This document shows positions 37,601 through 54,307 of a DNA stretch of 64,000 nucleotides, one piece after another. Below the pieces are notes generated by a model. That model was given only the letters and a program-made list of their open reading frames with translations, made no database searches and was not told where the DNA came from. Made by a program: the position numbers and the translations under genes. Each line of letters begins with the position of its first letter. Within the stretch, counting starts at the first letter, position 1. Origin of the DNA: Entomortierella parvispora E1425 (lineage: Eukaryota > Fungi > Mortierellomycota); the NCBI GenBank assembly GCA_020891255.1, contig BQFW01000008.1, positions 2,170,001-2,234,000 on the forward strand, read 5' to 3'.

Positions 37601-39920
37601 TCATGGAGATGGACAATTGTCACCTTCATGACCACCTGCAGCCAGTGCGTCCTCCTCGTCTTCGTTGTCGCTATTTCCATCGTTATCATCCTCGTCGCCC
37701 CAAACTTCTAGGCCCATGGGGCTACGACTCTCTCTAATCGCAGACTTTGCCTTCAATGAATTCTGGAAGAGCCCAGGCGACGGTGGTGGACTGGCATCGT
37801 AAGGCCCGAAATGGTCAATGTACTTCCGAAGTTCATCCTCCAATAGCAAGATATAATCTACAGCTTTGCGTAGGATCGTCGCCTTGGAATCCGTGTTCTG
37901 GGCACATCTACAATAAAAGGGAAAAAGGGTTAAGGGACCATAACGTAAAAAAAAAGGGCGGTTGTTTGTTGACACGCGCAACGGAATGGAAAAACAAGAG
38001 TGGCGAAGGAGTTTTCCCTTATTTTAGGGCCAAGGGGGTGCCTGTGTTCAGTTCTTACTCTGGAATCACGCCTTTCAACTCATCAAAGCCTCCATTGATC
38101 TTTTCGCGTCGTTTCTGCTCTGAAAGGATATGGGCAAGTCTTCTCGTTGGAGCCTGCGGTGGTGGTTGTTGTTGCTGCTGGGAAGTTTGCAGTGGCTGCG
38201 AAAAGGGTAAATGTGAATGGAACGACCTATGTTGAGGATACGCGTTGTTGAATTGTGGATGATAGAAGGATTGCTGCTGCTGTAGCTGCTGTGGGTGCTG
38301 TGGGTACTGTTGTTGAGAGTAGTGTTGTTGGGGATAGAAAGGTGGAGGCTGTAAAAACGGTGAGAGATCCTCTGGCGGAAGGGGTGCCTTTCGCGTCTGT
38401 CGCCCATGATATTTTCGGGGTTCTCGCTTCTGAGGAGGTCGGTTAGGGAGGGGTCGTGTTCGGCGAGGGGGTATGAACGCAGACGATCTTAAGGGACTAG
38501 CCTCAGATTTCCTTGTCGTTGAAGTAGTCGAGGGCGAGGGACTAGATCGAGCTGCACTACCCGTCGCATTGGTAGCGTTGGATCGAGGAGACGAGCCTGC
38601 AAATGGTTGCTCTTTCACAGTTGTCCCATCAAAAAGTCTGGTAGATGCTGGAGTAGAGTTGGGTGTCAAGCTGTGTGTCCTAGATCGCTCGTGTTTGGAG
38701 AGGGTCGTTGGTGTGGACTGCAAGATAGAGTAGTCATGCTGCTGTTGCTGCTGTTGCTGCTGCTCTCGTTGTTGAGATCGAGGACTACGCTGAACATATT
38801 GACTATAGGGGAATGGGGCCGTTGGACTCGTCGCAAATGCCGTGGATGTCGCCGATATTCCGGGATTCGAGTACCCAGAGATTGAGCTGGTCAGTCCTCC
38901 GCCTGGTGACAGTAAGGCTCGCTGTTGCTGATGCTGCTGTTGATTATGGAGCGCAGTAGGCGAGCTCTTACCACGGTGATAAAAGTCTGAGGAGAAATAG
39001 GACGCGCCTCCTTCTACTGTCATCAGCGTGGAAGGGGGAGTTTGAAGACCACGATCTGGGCCCATGGACCCAAAGACGTTTGGGTTTGGATTCGGGTTCG
39101 GATTCGGAACTGGGAGTGACGGAGACAAAACTGATAGCGCTGCCAAGGATTCCAAGGGCTCGAGTCCAGTCAGGACCGGGGTTCCAAGACCGGATTTCCC
39201 ACTCTCACCGTTGTCATTACCTCCCATGCCCCCATGGTCGAGGTGCGACGACGAGAAAGTGCGCTGATGCTGGAGAGAGTAGGGCTGATGTTGATATTGT
39301 CCTGATCCCCCCTCTGTAAAGCTTCCAGGAGATCTCGACCCGAGTTGGGCTCCGTTCCCTGCAGCAACCATACCCCCAATATGATCATCGTCTGCTTGGT
39401 GGCTTTGGTAGCCCAAGTGTCCGTCGTGAGAGTTTTGGCGACCAACCGTCTGACCGGTGTTTCCCATCCACATTACCACGGAAGGAGAGGATGAGGTCGA
39501 CGACGAGTGATGGTGATGCAAGGGCAAAGCAGTCGGTGTCGATGGCGTTGTCGCTGCAGAAGAGGGGGTAGACGGTGACAGCAGCGACACGTGTTTATCT
39601 GCGAGATCTTTGTCTTTGTTGTAGCTGGTGTGCTGATAATAATTATGTTGCTGCTGTTGCTGGTCGTGGCTGTTCTGATGAAAATCCTGTGGAGAATGCT
39701 GTTGTTGTTGCTTTGGATCAATGTAGATGGAAGGGTCGATCACCTCCGTCATAGAGTCGCGTTGTAATTGTTGCTGTCGTTGGAGCTGGAGGACATGGAG
39801 CTGTTGCGTTTGCTGTCCTTGACGCTGCAGTAATTGCTGTTGCTGCTGCTGTAGGTGGTATTGACGCCGTTCTTGCTCATACCTCTGTTGAGAGTGCGAT
39901 GTGTTTGCATGCTGATCCAT
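37601..39920 (-). CDS. bHLH transcription factor with long polyQ/low-complexity N-terminus
   Basis: RRLAHILSEQKRREKINGGFDELKGVIPE / CAQNTDSKATILRKAVDYILLLEDEL across a GT-AG intron. The His-Glu-Arg basic-region residues are those of CACGTG-binding bHLH proteins. The start is placed at MDQHANTS. Confidence 0.87.
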
Positions 39921-42304
39921 TACAATATAAGGTGATGGTACAAAAAAAAAAAGCCAGAAAAAAGAAACGAATACAAGAAAAAACAAGAGATGAGGAAGAT
40001 GACGAACGGCTAAGGAAGGAGGGGTACGCAGACCAAGTTAATGCATGGTCGAATGTAAAGGCAAAGTCTGAGAAAGATATCGTGGGGTGAAAGGAGGTGG
40101 GAAGGGAATAGGAAGGGAGCCGCGGGTGCGACCGAGTAAAATTCTTTGTAAGAAAGAGAGAGTGCGGGGATAGGTTGGGCGAATAATTTTGTCCGAGAGG
40201 AACGGTAGAACAGCAGCCGAGGAATCAAGTCAACAGATCAGGGAGAGGGAGAGAGAACATCCAGAAGAATAACAAGAGTGAGGGTGATGGATGGTTTTTA
40301 AAGAGTGTGGAAGGAGATTTTTTTAGTTTTTTTTTGTTGTAAAGAACCCACATGTTCATCTTGCTCTTTATATCGAGAACGAGGACGATCTGAAGAAGGG
40401 CGAGTGGGAAAAGCTAAGCAGGAGCCAAAGTGAATACGAGGATGAAAAGAAAAAAAAAAGACTGTCTCTCATCTTCCGCCGTCCATCCCTTTCAATGGTG
40501 CTGTTATTAATAACTACCCCTTTCGTTGCCACACTGTTGTCTCTTATTACGGAAGGCAATCCTCCCATGTGTTCCCCCAACGACCTTGGTGCAACGGTGA
40601 CTGTTGAACATGTGCGTGCTGCACCTGTGTAATTGCGCACAGAAGACAAGAAAGCAGTTGTTTTGGTGCAGTCTGAGGGTGGGAAGAGTGGGAGAAACAC
40701 AGCTGAGGACGTCCTTAACATGTGCCTATGGTTGTCTCGTTCTTCCGCTACCTTGCCCCTTGGCTTTGGCCTTGTTCGCTTCTCTCGTTCCTGGATTCCT
40801 TGAAATTTAAAGATACGACACACAGCGAATCGCCAGTGCGCGTTCATGTGTGTCCTCAAAATTCTCTCCCATTCTGTGCGAAGGGAAAAAAAGGTCGCAG
40901 ATCGAAGATCCAGTGTCCTTCGTGCTCAAAAAAAAAATCATCATCTCTTACGTCCTCAGCGGTACTTGCACACTAAGGGGATATGCACGTTCTCCGTTAG
41001 ATGAATCAGTAGTTCGTTCGCCGACAGCAATTTTTTTTTTTTTTTTTTTTATGCAGAAGAGGAACGAGTCAATCACAGATAAAGGCAGACAAGCTTGTTT
41101 CTTTCAAAAAGGCAAGAGGGAGAAAGAAAGAGAGCGGCTGTGAAGTGATCAACAAAAACAGATTTCGTTCGGCCACAAAATGAGAGACCGGCACGGAGAT
41201 ATGCAATAAAATAAGACATTTCTAAAAGCCAGTAGGGGGAGAAAAAAAAAGGTGGATGACAGGCAAAGGTTGCGGTAGACCGTTTGCATCTCTTATTTAT
41301 TTTGACCAGGGCTCTAAACAGGGCTACATGCACATCCCACCTCTTTCATGCCATGGGCTCACCAGCAATTAGCCAGCTTGCAAAAGTAAAACAAAAAAAC
41401 GTAAACAATAACAGCTATCTCATCTCCCTGTTTAAATCCTGACATGGTCAACAGTAGCTGTCTCGTTAAAAAAAGTGACCGAGAGATTGAAACCGTACAG
41501 AACGCTAATGAAGAAGATCGACACAAAGGCGGACAGCCCAAAACGTCGATACCAAAGATAGACAGCGGCCTTGGTATTCAAAAAAAGTCATCACGTAAAG
41601 CTGCTGAATCATTTGAGTCCAAAGTCATGCCCAGCAGGGCCAGCAAGCTGTCATGTGCTAACGGAAGGGAGGGGCAAGTTTCTTTACGTTGTGGGAAAAA
41701 AAGGTAGTGATGCGTGTATCTCACTCGAGAGCAGAGGCACCGCCCTTTCTTCCCTCGACTCAGCTTATCTTCTCTCTGCCACGGGCACAGGTCACCCCAC
41801 TTTTTGAAGATGCTCTACCCTCTCTCCGCAATTCTCCATTGTCTCCAGTACCAAAATCTCAGTACCAGAGAGCTTACAGGTATTTGGCCAGGACTATATA
41901 CCTGGTCAGCTTTACATGCCCCATTCTTCTCACTTCTCACAAGGGCAAAAAAAAAGCGCGATTTCCTCAGCATGGACAAAACGCCACGCTGGGATTGCAT
42001 TTTAAGAACTTCTTCGATTGCTCTCAAAGGCCCCTCCGGAAAAAAATATAGTTTCTTGATCTCGAGAAAAAGAACAAGCCCCTCCCTCCAGCTAGTGGTG
42101 GATTCAATGCAGCGCTGGATTCGATAATGAATGGTGATGATAATAAATGATTTTTTTGGTGGTATGTTGGTACAGGGTAGAGGGTGGGGTTATGGGGGAG
42201 ACTATGTGTAAAAGTAATAATAATGCTTCGGATTTTCCTCTCCTTTTGCGGTTGATAGACAGCTCCTTTGCCTATTTCATGTCGGGTTTGTGCTTGGGGT
42301 GGAT

Positions 42305-45373
<3,069 letters not shown>

Positions 45374-45661
45374 CTATGAGGTCTCTTTGAACAGTAAAGT
45401 GCAAGAGAGAGTAAGAGAGGTTGGCAACAAGAGGAACTCTTGGCGAGTGCGGAGAGGCGGGAGAGGGAGGAGTGGGGAAGGGTGAGATGTAAGACTGACT
45501 CTGAAAAGAAGAGTGTGTGAGAAGCGGGGGAGCTTTTTTTTATTTGGGACGACCGAAGAGAAAAACATGCGGTGGCTTAGAGACGTTGTTGACGTTGGGT
45601 CATCGCGGATTTGGTGGCAAAAATGCCTTTTAATGTATTCGCTTGGTCTGTTCATATGTCC

Positions 45662-46605
45662 TCACAAGTAGCTCTTCTCCGTCTTGGGAGGGGCTGGCTT
45701 CCGTGGCACAGCGGGTTCTGGCACTGGCTCTGCGGGGGTTGCGGCTACTGCAGGTGCTATCTTGCTATCTTTGACCTTGTCGCCCGTAAACACAAAGTCC
45801 ATCTTTTCTGCCGTGTGGAGCACTGTAAGATCAAAGATATATACAGTTAGGGGACTATCAGTATCGATACGCTATATCAACCACACAGACCAAAGGGTTA
45901 CAATACTCAATACTTACGTTCTTCAAAGTACTTTTCATCTACTTGCTCCACCTCCCGCTTGCTTCTGTCCAGTCCAATGGTCAACATGGCTTCTTCCTCC
46001 TCGATTGATTCGCCTCTCTTCAGTTTATCCCTCATATCTTCCAGTACTGCAATCCTCCACTCTTGCTTGATCTTGGTATCTTTGGTCTCGCCCTTGGTCA
46101 ATAACAAATGAACAGGCAAGGATCCGATCGCGGACCAGAACAGAACTTGATATAAATAGAACCAAAAGCGTGATTTCGGCTTCGGTGGCGCCTGCGGGTC
46201 GCTTGATCCCGTTCCTGATGTTCCCTCCTCATCTCCCGGTGATGAGTATGACGATGCGGATGATGAGTGTGGCGGTGGTGGTGATGATGATGGTGAGTAA
46301 TCAGAAGAACCCGATGATTCAGAGGCAGTCTCTTTCCCAGCAGATGTGTGTGTATGAGTATGATCCGGAGGGAAAAGCGATTCCAAAGAGGGTGGCACAA
46401 CCAATTCCGGCGTCGAGAGGGGAGCCTTAAACCTTGAAGAGTCTTTAACGGTGATTTCAGGCTCTGTTAAGTCTGGCTTCTTGGTGGACATGTATTTCCT
46501 TGAGGAGAGGAAGGCAGCAGGAAGGGTCTGCTGTTGGTATGTTGTCGTTGAACGAAGATGATGGAGTACCACCATACGAGCGAAATGGCGTGTATGACCT
46601 GACAT
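45662..46605 (-). CDS. Uncharacterised putative mitochondrial single-TM protein (possibly DUF5321-like), 2 exons
   Basis: Presequence-like N-terminus rich in R/H/S, TM FWFYLYQVLFWSAIGSLPVHLLL, coiled segment RIAVLEDMRDKLKRGE, GTAAGT intron, last exon ...PPKTEKSYL-stop. The family label is from memory only. Confidence 0.65.
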
Positions 46606-46825
46606 GATGCAATCAATGTTCTGTATTTCTTTCTTTTCAAGTAGTGGTTCTGAGTCCTGTAATTCCTAATACGATAGCTCCCGCGATGCCTTGGTGGATG
46701 AAGTGGCATGAAACACATCGCATTGATCCCGACAAAAATCGAGTCTTCGAAAGTCATTAAGGGGCGACAAAGTCTTTCTATGTGCTTTCTATTGCATAGG
46801 GTATTTTGCAGATATATATGTTTTT

Positions 46826-49282
46826 TCACGCCAGGAACCCGCCCTTGCGATCAGATTGACCAAATCCACCAAATCCTTTGCCAAAGTTCCGACTCATTCT
46901 CCTTCCGACCTTGGTGGAGGTCAAAATGCCTCCGGCTGGGTTCACCTTGGCGGCATTTTTGGCATTGTTGTAGAGCCACAATCCCCAGAAAGTCAAGCAG
47001 ACGCCTGTCCATTGAGTGACTCCCAGAGTTTGGTGAAAGTAAACAATCGACGCTACAATCACGACAATTCGCTTGATCAACGACGCAATAGAGTAGGTCA
47101 CTGGAGAAGTCAAGGCCAAGACTGAGAATGCAAAAATATTTTGGAAGAAGTGCGAAATGCCGTTCAGGAGCAAGAGCCATGCCACCGAGCTAAAGACGCC
47201 ACCGCTTGCTGCACCATGGCCTGTTGCGTGATGCACAACGCCCGCTCCGTCAGGGAACATCAGGCCCATGCCCTCTGCATACAACCAGATCGGCACCATA
47301 CAGATCGCAGCCATGGTTGAGGAATAGAACAAAATGTTAAGCTTGTCCAGCTTTTGGGCATTACTGGATCCAATGTCTTCAGCTGATGCTCCTGTATCCT
47401 CCTTATTGCCGAGGGAGTTACTCTTAGCCTTGGTGCTGAACAAGATCTTTTTCGTAAAAACATTCTGTGTTACAAAGACCAGCATCGATGCCAGAGCGCA
47501 GCACAAGCCCACCAAATTGTTGAATTCGAGGGACAGTCTACAAGCCAACATGACTCCGGCTGTCAATGGCACAAGAGACACGTAAACGGCACGGCTATAC
47601 GTCGTTCCGAGAATAATGCGATAGAATACGACTGTAAAAAGCGGTGAAAGTGCCTACAAACAAAAGTCATTATCGGTGAGTGTTTTGGGCAATGAATTAA
47701 GAAAAAAGAATAGCTTTGGAGCGGTCTGGTCCAATCTAATGCCTGGCTGCATGCAACCACGAGAATGATTCGATCAGGGCGGTGCAAACAGACGGAGCCT
47801 CCCTTGTCCCTTTTTTTTGCATCAGCGTTGTCTCCTGTCCAAAACTCCTGAACATGCATCCAAACAAAGGCCAGGTCTTGTATCACATCAGTTGACCAAT
47901 TGCATTTGTCCATTCCTCACCTTGATGGTATGAACGACACTCAAGGGAACGCGACTGATCGCAAAGCTGGAGAAGACGTGACCCACGACTTGGAATCCAA
48001 CTAATGGTGCCGTCATGGAAATAATGCCCCACGTGGGTGTTCGGATTGTCGTCAAGCGGAAAACGGATCCGCCAAGGAAGCAGAATAAAGACACGAACAA
48101 GAACTGGACAAACGTCAACGTAATCGGGTAGCGGAATTGGTTCATGATCTGCTTTCCAATGTTGTTGGTCACAGCAGAAGACAGGTACCATAGAAGGCAA
48201 AGCAAGGGCAGCTTTGAAGCTTTGTACAACTTCCTGACCATCCCTGATAAAGATTTTGACTCGATCGCGGGTATTGATGACGAGAGCATGCCACCATCCA
48301 TCTGGGGTCGACTTGACGGTAATGACATCTTGCTATTAGAGGCTTGAACGGCAGCCTGAGCTGATTGCATCACTTTGCTTAGCCCTTGGTTCAGGACTGG
48401 AGGGAGATAGGCAGCAACGCCGTTGATGGCATCGCGGGCGTTTCTCTTTTGCTGCTCCTTTTCGTCATCGTAGTACAGTTCCTGGTGATCCTGCTGTTTA
48501 TGGTACGCTTCGCCGAAAGTAGGTTGCTGGCGCCCACCCAAAGTCCCGTTGGCATTATAAACTCCTGTGGATCCATGGACTGGTGCGATGTGATTGCTGG
48601 TTGCCGAAGGACCATAGAGCGCTGGACCAAGGGTCGGGTAGGGGTTGTTGTTCATTGCTGGGGAAGCAGATCGCAACGAAGGATATGATTGAGGCTGATA
48701 GAGATGACCGGTTGATAGCGGTGACCTGGCAGGTGAGGGTAAGGACGCTGCCCCCTGACCAAGGACAGAGGGGGGATTTGTGGTTGTTGAAGCAATTGTG
48801 CTTTGAAAAGTGGGTTGGGGGGTCGTAGCAGAGGAAGGGGCATAGGAAGAGGAGGCCGAAAGGGAGGTGGGGGTAAGGTAGGGATGAGTGGTATGATGAT
48901 GCGAGAGATGATGAACATCGCCCCTGAAACTGGGCGAGAGATTCTCTGGCGGCGAGTTTGCACCAGAGGAGAATGAGGTCCTGGGAGTAGGTAATTGTTG
49001 GACATGGACCGAGAGCGGGTTATCTATGCTGCTTTCCTGGTTGTTCTGGTTGGCAAGGGCTTCGAAGAGGGCATCGGCAGTGGGCATCTGGCTAAATGGA
49101 TCCGGTTGTCTGTGGATCGCTTGATGAGACTGTGACTGGGCCTGGGACGTGGTATGGTTAGGGCCAGCAGCGGTAGGCTGGGAAGGTGCCGAAGATGCCG
49201 ACGAGGCTGGGTATCCGAGTGGCTGCTGGTTAACGAAAGGAGAGCCAGGAGCGACGGTTGAGGCGGTTGCCATCGTTGCCAT
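46826..49282 (-). CDS. Triose-phosphate/nucleotide-sugar transporter family (SLY41/SLC35E-like) with long disordered N-terminus
   Basis: LCLLWYLSSAVTNNIGKQIMNQFRYPITLTFVQF, SSFAISRVPLSVVHTIK / ALSPLFTV, QNVFTKK, LDKLNILFYSS, QNIFAFSVLALTSPVTYSIASLIKRIVVI. Confidence 0.88.
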
Positions 49283-49365
49283 TGTTTAGAGCCGGATGAA
49301 ATGGAATGAGGAGGTGAATGGGGTGGAGATTAGGAGTGAAGAAGTTCAACTAGGCATGAAGTGAT

Positions 49366-49420
49366 GAACTGAAGAGAAAGAGAAAGAGAAAGAGAGAGAG
49401 AGAGACAGAGTAAGAGAGTG
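49366..49420. repeat. GA-rich microsatellite in the SLY41-like 5' leader
   Basis: AAGAGAAAGAGAAAGAGAAAGAGAGAGAGAGAGACAGAG run. Confidence 0.7.
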
Positions 49421-49878
49421 AGGGGAACGGATGGCTACAGCTAAGAAGAAGGGAGGGAAAGGAAATAGGAAGGAAAAGGAGAAGAGCGGATAAGAGAAAG
49501 AGAAAAGGGAAAGAAAGAGGAGCGGAGGTTGGAGAATGGCCAAGGGAGGACGAAAGAGATATAGTGTGTGAGCTGAGAAGGACAGAAATGAATGGCAAAT
49601 TAGTGGACCGGATCCCAGCTGGGGCTCACAGAGGTGCAGATTACCCCTGTCTCTGTGTCTCTGCCGTCCGTTGTCTTGTTTGTTTCCTTCCTCGCCATCT
49701 CGTTGGGCTGGATGCTCTTTTCGTTGGTTCCACTGAAACTTTGAAAGTCAGATTAATGGATAAGTAAATGTCACGTGAATTTATCCTCAGTAGTTTTATT
49801 CGGTCAGTTCCCAAGTTTGACTTTGCATGCTACCATCGACCAGCCATCGCACCCACAACGAGCACATGGAGCGTTGCC

Positions 49879-51161
49879 ATGACTGTCGACTTTGAGTCCA
49901 ATTGCCGTCTGTCACCTCTGACGAGACCTTCGTCGGAGCTGAAGCCAGTGCTCGTGAATACTTGTTTTCTATCAAAGGTTTGTCCCCAAGCCATCTGTAC
50001 TTTATCCCTGTCACCTCACCCTTGTCCTTGTCTGATGATTGGCGTGTACCTTCCAAATGTTTTCTTAACCCTCTAGGAAAATGAACCACCCAAGCAAGAG
50101 TGGTTATCCAGAAATCCGGTGCACTTGGTATTGAGCATAAAGGACATAAACTCGACGGGTCTTCATGTTGAAAGGATCCAGGCTCTGGCACCCAACAACC
50201 CCACTATCCTGATCACGTCCATTTCGGGCGATCCACTTCTCTGCTCCACCCTCTGGATCGTTTCCTCCGCAAGGACTGTGGAACTCTACCCGAACGGGGA
50301 ATATGCAGGCACATTTCGAGGCGAAGTGTTGGATGAGGATAGCAATGTTCGACCCGGATCAAAGGATGGAACAATCTTGGCAGGACCACCTTTGTTTGCA
50401 ATCAAGATTGACCAAGAGAGTCTTTCCAGAAACTGCAGCGATCTCTTCGTCAAGGTATAGAAGGGCTTAGCAGCAGATCCGACCGTAACAAAATCGATGA
50501 TCCCAACAGCTGTTGCCTAACACGACCGTCCCATGTATTTTATTAGTTCTTTGTCCCCAAAAAGCCTGCCGACTTTCGAGACTCACTGGATTTGCACTGG
50601 TTGATTGTCCAAGCTGGAGCCGTTCATCACAGCACACGCAATCCACAGCCTGACTTCTTTGATGAAAATACGATGGTGGCCCCAAACAAAGCGGAGTCAG
50701 GCTCCAGGAATCCGCCATCAACCATGTCCACAGTTGCCTCATCCCTGCTTTCACCAAACAGCCACTCTGGACCAGTGTCGATGCCGGATATGTCCGATTT
50801 ACTATCTGCGTTTTCGTCTTCTGTTGACATGGAAAAGGTCCGAGGGATGCTTAGTGATATGCAGATCGAGGGACTGTCTCAAAAGGCAAGGGCGCACATG
50901 GGTGCGATGGAGACACAATCAAGGCTACTTCGAGAACGGACGACCTCGTCTTTGTTGACAGCGTTGCCGAAAGTTGTTGCTCCGGAGACCACATTTGTGA
51001 CAAAGACGGAACTGGCTCAGACTGAAAGTCGGATCTTGTCCCATATCGACACATCCATGTCCAGCTTGGAAGGTCGAATAATGACTCGGATTGAAGAGGG
51101 TTTCCTGAAGATGGAAGAGCGCCTCTTGAACAAGCTCATGTCCCAAAAAGAGGTCGAATAA
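49879..51161 (+). CDS. PAAT/C10orf88-like protein (3 exons; an in-frame upstream ATG at 49768 is an alternative start)
   Basis: Exons MTVDFESNCR...FLSK / ENEPPKQEW...LWIVSSARTVELYPNGEYAGTFRG...DLFVK / FFVPKK...RILSHIDTSMSSLEGRIMTRIEEGFLKMEERLL. The SSARxxExY...EYxGTxRG motif and C-terminal coiled helix match my recollection of human C10orf88. Confidence 0.6.
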
Positions 51162-51276
51162 TAGGCGAGAGCTCGTACACTCACTCTTTCGCCGACACCC
51201 TGGCTTTTCAACTTGCACACCCACCCAACATTTCTAAGCCTGTAACAAGAAAAAACTGTACAATATATTTGAAAAA

Positions 51277-54200
51277 TCATCTCGGGCTAGTGACGCCTGC
51301 TCCCTTAGGCGAGTTCAACCCTTGTGTGGCGTTTGCTCCAGGACCGGTGCCCAGTGCTGAGGAAGAACCACCTGCCCCATTTCCATGGAAAGATGGTTGA
51401 GCGTGTATTGACCCATAAGAGGCTCCACCTCCTGGAACCAACAAGCCCCTTCTTCCTGCTCTCCTCCGACTACCATCGGCACTCATACCACCAATAGCGC
51501 TCAATAAGCCTCGAGCCTCGATATCATCCTCGTCCTCTGGATCGTCCTGTAGAGGCTCAACTCCGAATCCCTTTCGACAGCCTTGAATCAAGTTGAAGCC
51601 AAGGGCGGCCACAAAGATGAGAAGAAAGAGCCACTGCATATAGTAAAATGCGATTCCGAGTGCTGGTGTGCCCAGGATAACTTTAAGGGCGATACTGGAA
51701 GTTACAGTTGGGGTGCACAGTTCTGGAGGCGCCCCAACATGACAAGGGACAATCAGAGCTGGGTAGTCACTGCAGTCTCGTCCAACTGTCACGGTGTGAT
51801 TACACTGGAAGAGAGTCAAGGCGGAATGAGATTAGTTAGTATATATTCTTGGTAAAGTGATTTGCGCCTTTCGGAACTCAGTAATCGTCAAGTCCTTACA
51901 TATTTCTGACTTCCAAACATCGAGTAGTCAGGCGCCACTGTCATGGTCAAAGAATAGCAGAGACCTGCGAGACTAAGCATCAAGAGCATTGTAGCCGCCA
52001 AAAGTCCCTGGGGAGGCGTTGCAGCTTTACGGAATCGGTACAAGTTCACCCAGAGGAAACGAATACCGATTGAAATGATGCCTTTTGTTGTGGCCCAAAA
52101 CATGTACAAGATGATCATGAGCATTAAAATGTAATCCAGCGGGAAGAACTAAACATCGCAAAATAGGGAATGGTTAATAACGAACAGAAAACAAAGGGAT
52201 CAAGATAGTGATGACCACTTACTGGCGAGAGCTTGAGAAACAAGAGGTTAAGGGGGTTTGGCAGATTGGGATGCGTAAGAATGTACCCACAAGGGGCGCC
52301 GCAAACTTCGTCTTTCAGGTTGTCGATTCTATGACGAGTATGAAATCTCAATTAGTTGGCTATCGAAGCCTCCTATAGCTCTATAGCTGGACCTATAACT
52401 GATACTTACGTTGTGATGGCCATGGATGCGATTAGCAACGCGGTAAGTGATGTACCTGCTATTCCGAGCATAATCTAGACATAGGTTCAAGAGAAGACCG
52501 TGAGTCCATGTCCCAGCACAGCCTACAGATCAACACAAGCAAACTTGGAGATAAGAAGAGCTCAAACCTCGAACGGACGGATGATGCACTGACAGCGGTT
52601 AAACCAGCCATCGCGGACTCTTTGAACCATCTGCGATCTGTTTTCCAGAATAAGTTCCTCTCTGGTGAGCTCCCTGATAGCATGTCTGTCCCGTTCTGAA
52701 ATTTGTCGTCCACTGGCACCACCGTCCGGGTAGCGGTTTAGGATCGCATTCTGTCTCTCTCGGTTTGCCGCCAGTTCTGCATGAGTTTGAATAATCTTGG
52801 CCGGAACAGATTTGAGACCACCGAGCAAGTGCAAAGGCAACAGTGACAGGCCAGGCGCCTATGTTACAAAGGAGTGAGATAAAAAAAAAATGGCCCGCCA
52901 GCTTTTGTAAGTCCGTGTGTACAGCGTGTCAAACCTTGTTCGGCGGGGGAGCAAATTCCCAGGCCTGTTGCGTTGCATGTTGGTTTAATCGAAGTACCTA
53001 CCGTGTAAAAGACAAGGACACCCATACCTGTCAGTGCCATTGCCCCGGCTACAAAAGCGAGGGCGCCTGTGCCATCTATGATGATCCATTGAGTGGGAAA
53101 TCCAAGCTGTTAGGCAACTACGCTACTTGACCAGTGCATGATCCTGCAAACCGCATCACTTTCGTGTTATGACGTGCACATGAGGCAAGGGGAGAAGCGG
53201 CAGTTGAGGACCCAACGGCCGCCTTTTCCACAGACGCTTCAAGATAAAAAAAACAGTAACAGGCATGAGACTTATTCTCAACTTACCGAGATTGGCAAGC
53301 ATTCTTCGCAGCCAGTCCAGATCCACATCCTCATGCTTGTTGGGCTTCATAAAGAGACCCGTGATGAGCAGTGTGCAGGCAATGAGGATGAAAAAGATTG
53401 TGTACTTGAACGAAGCCAACAACCGCTGACGCACATTTTGCCCCTCTTCCACTTCCTCGAAGTAAAAATACGACAGGGGAATCCAAAAGAAAACAAAGCT
53501 TGCGATCAAGCCGTAAGCAACTGTTGCGTTGGTTTTGTTGTTCAGAAAGTTTTGTTGTTGATGTTCAGAGAGGCCGAGGTTGGTGGGACAACGGGAAGAA
53601 AATAGAGCAGAGAGTGGTGCTGGGGTTAGAATAACGAGAACCTTGAATGAACAGATACGAATAGCTCAACCACCACCGAACACGGAAAGGCGTCTTGTTG
53701 TCCATATCTCGATCCAGGCTCAAACAAGGGCGTTGATGGGGTTCATGGTGATGAAGAGGGTCGAAACGAGTCAACCGAGGAGGGAGAGAGGTGACTCCTG
53801 GGTCCGTGACGATATAGATGAGAGGACTTTGCCCCAGTGAGCCTATGTACAAAGCAAGGGACGGTTCTTTACCATAATAGACGATCCTGACGGCAGACTG
53901 CATCTGCTCAATGGCGTCGTCAGTAGCCCAAGAGCGACGTAGACCTGTAGCTGGATCCATGATGCGAGAGACCAGGAAGATGTCAACCGGAAAGAGGGCA
54001 ACAGTGGAGAGACAGAGAGTAAGGGCAAGGATTGTAGTGATCATGGCAAAAGGCTCTCGATCCCGCCTGTCTGAGTAGTAAAGTGTAAAGAAAACAGAGA
54101 AGCCGAGGAGCATCTACGTGGAAGAGTATAGTGATCGCAGCTGTTAGTCGAGTCGAGCACAGAGACGAGGCTGCGGAAAGGAGGATGAAAGCACAGGCCA

Positions 54201-54307
54201 AGAATAAGCCAAGCCAAGGCAAAAGTCAAAGATACAACAGGACGTACGGCGACAGTGATGCCAAAAGCACCCCATGCACCAAGAATGTGCAGCACGCCTT
54301 CCAGCAT
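51277..54307 (-). CDS. LMBR1-domain multi-TM protein, LMBRD1/lysosomal cobalamin exporter-like
   Basis: MLEGVLHILGAWGAFGITVA / MLLGFSVFFTLYYSDRRDREPFAMITTILALTLCLSTVALFPVDIFLVS, FFWIPLSYFYFEE, KYTIFF, IGIRFLWVNLYRFRKAATPPQGLL, APDYSMFGSQ, ELCTPT. Many GT-AG introns. Confidence 0.85.

Noticed and set aside
39921-42304. 2.4-kb gene-free stretch with several 60-160 aa ORFs
   Set aside because: The ORFs are low-complexity translations of purine/pyrimidine tracts with no consistent splice chain. Best explained as the bHLH leader/promoter plus the ADE5,7 terminator.
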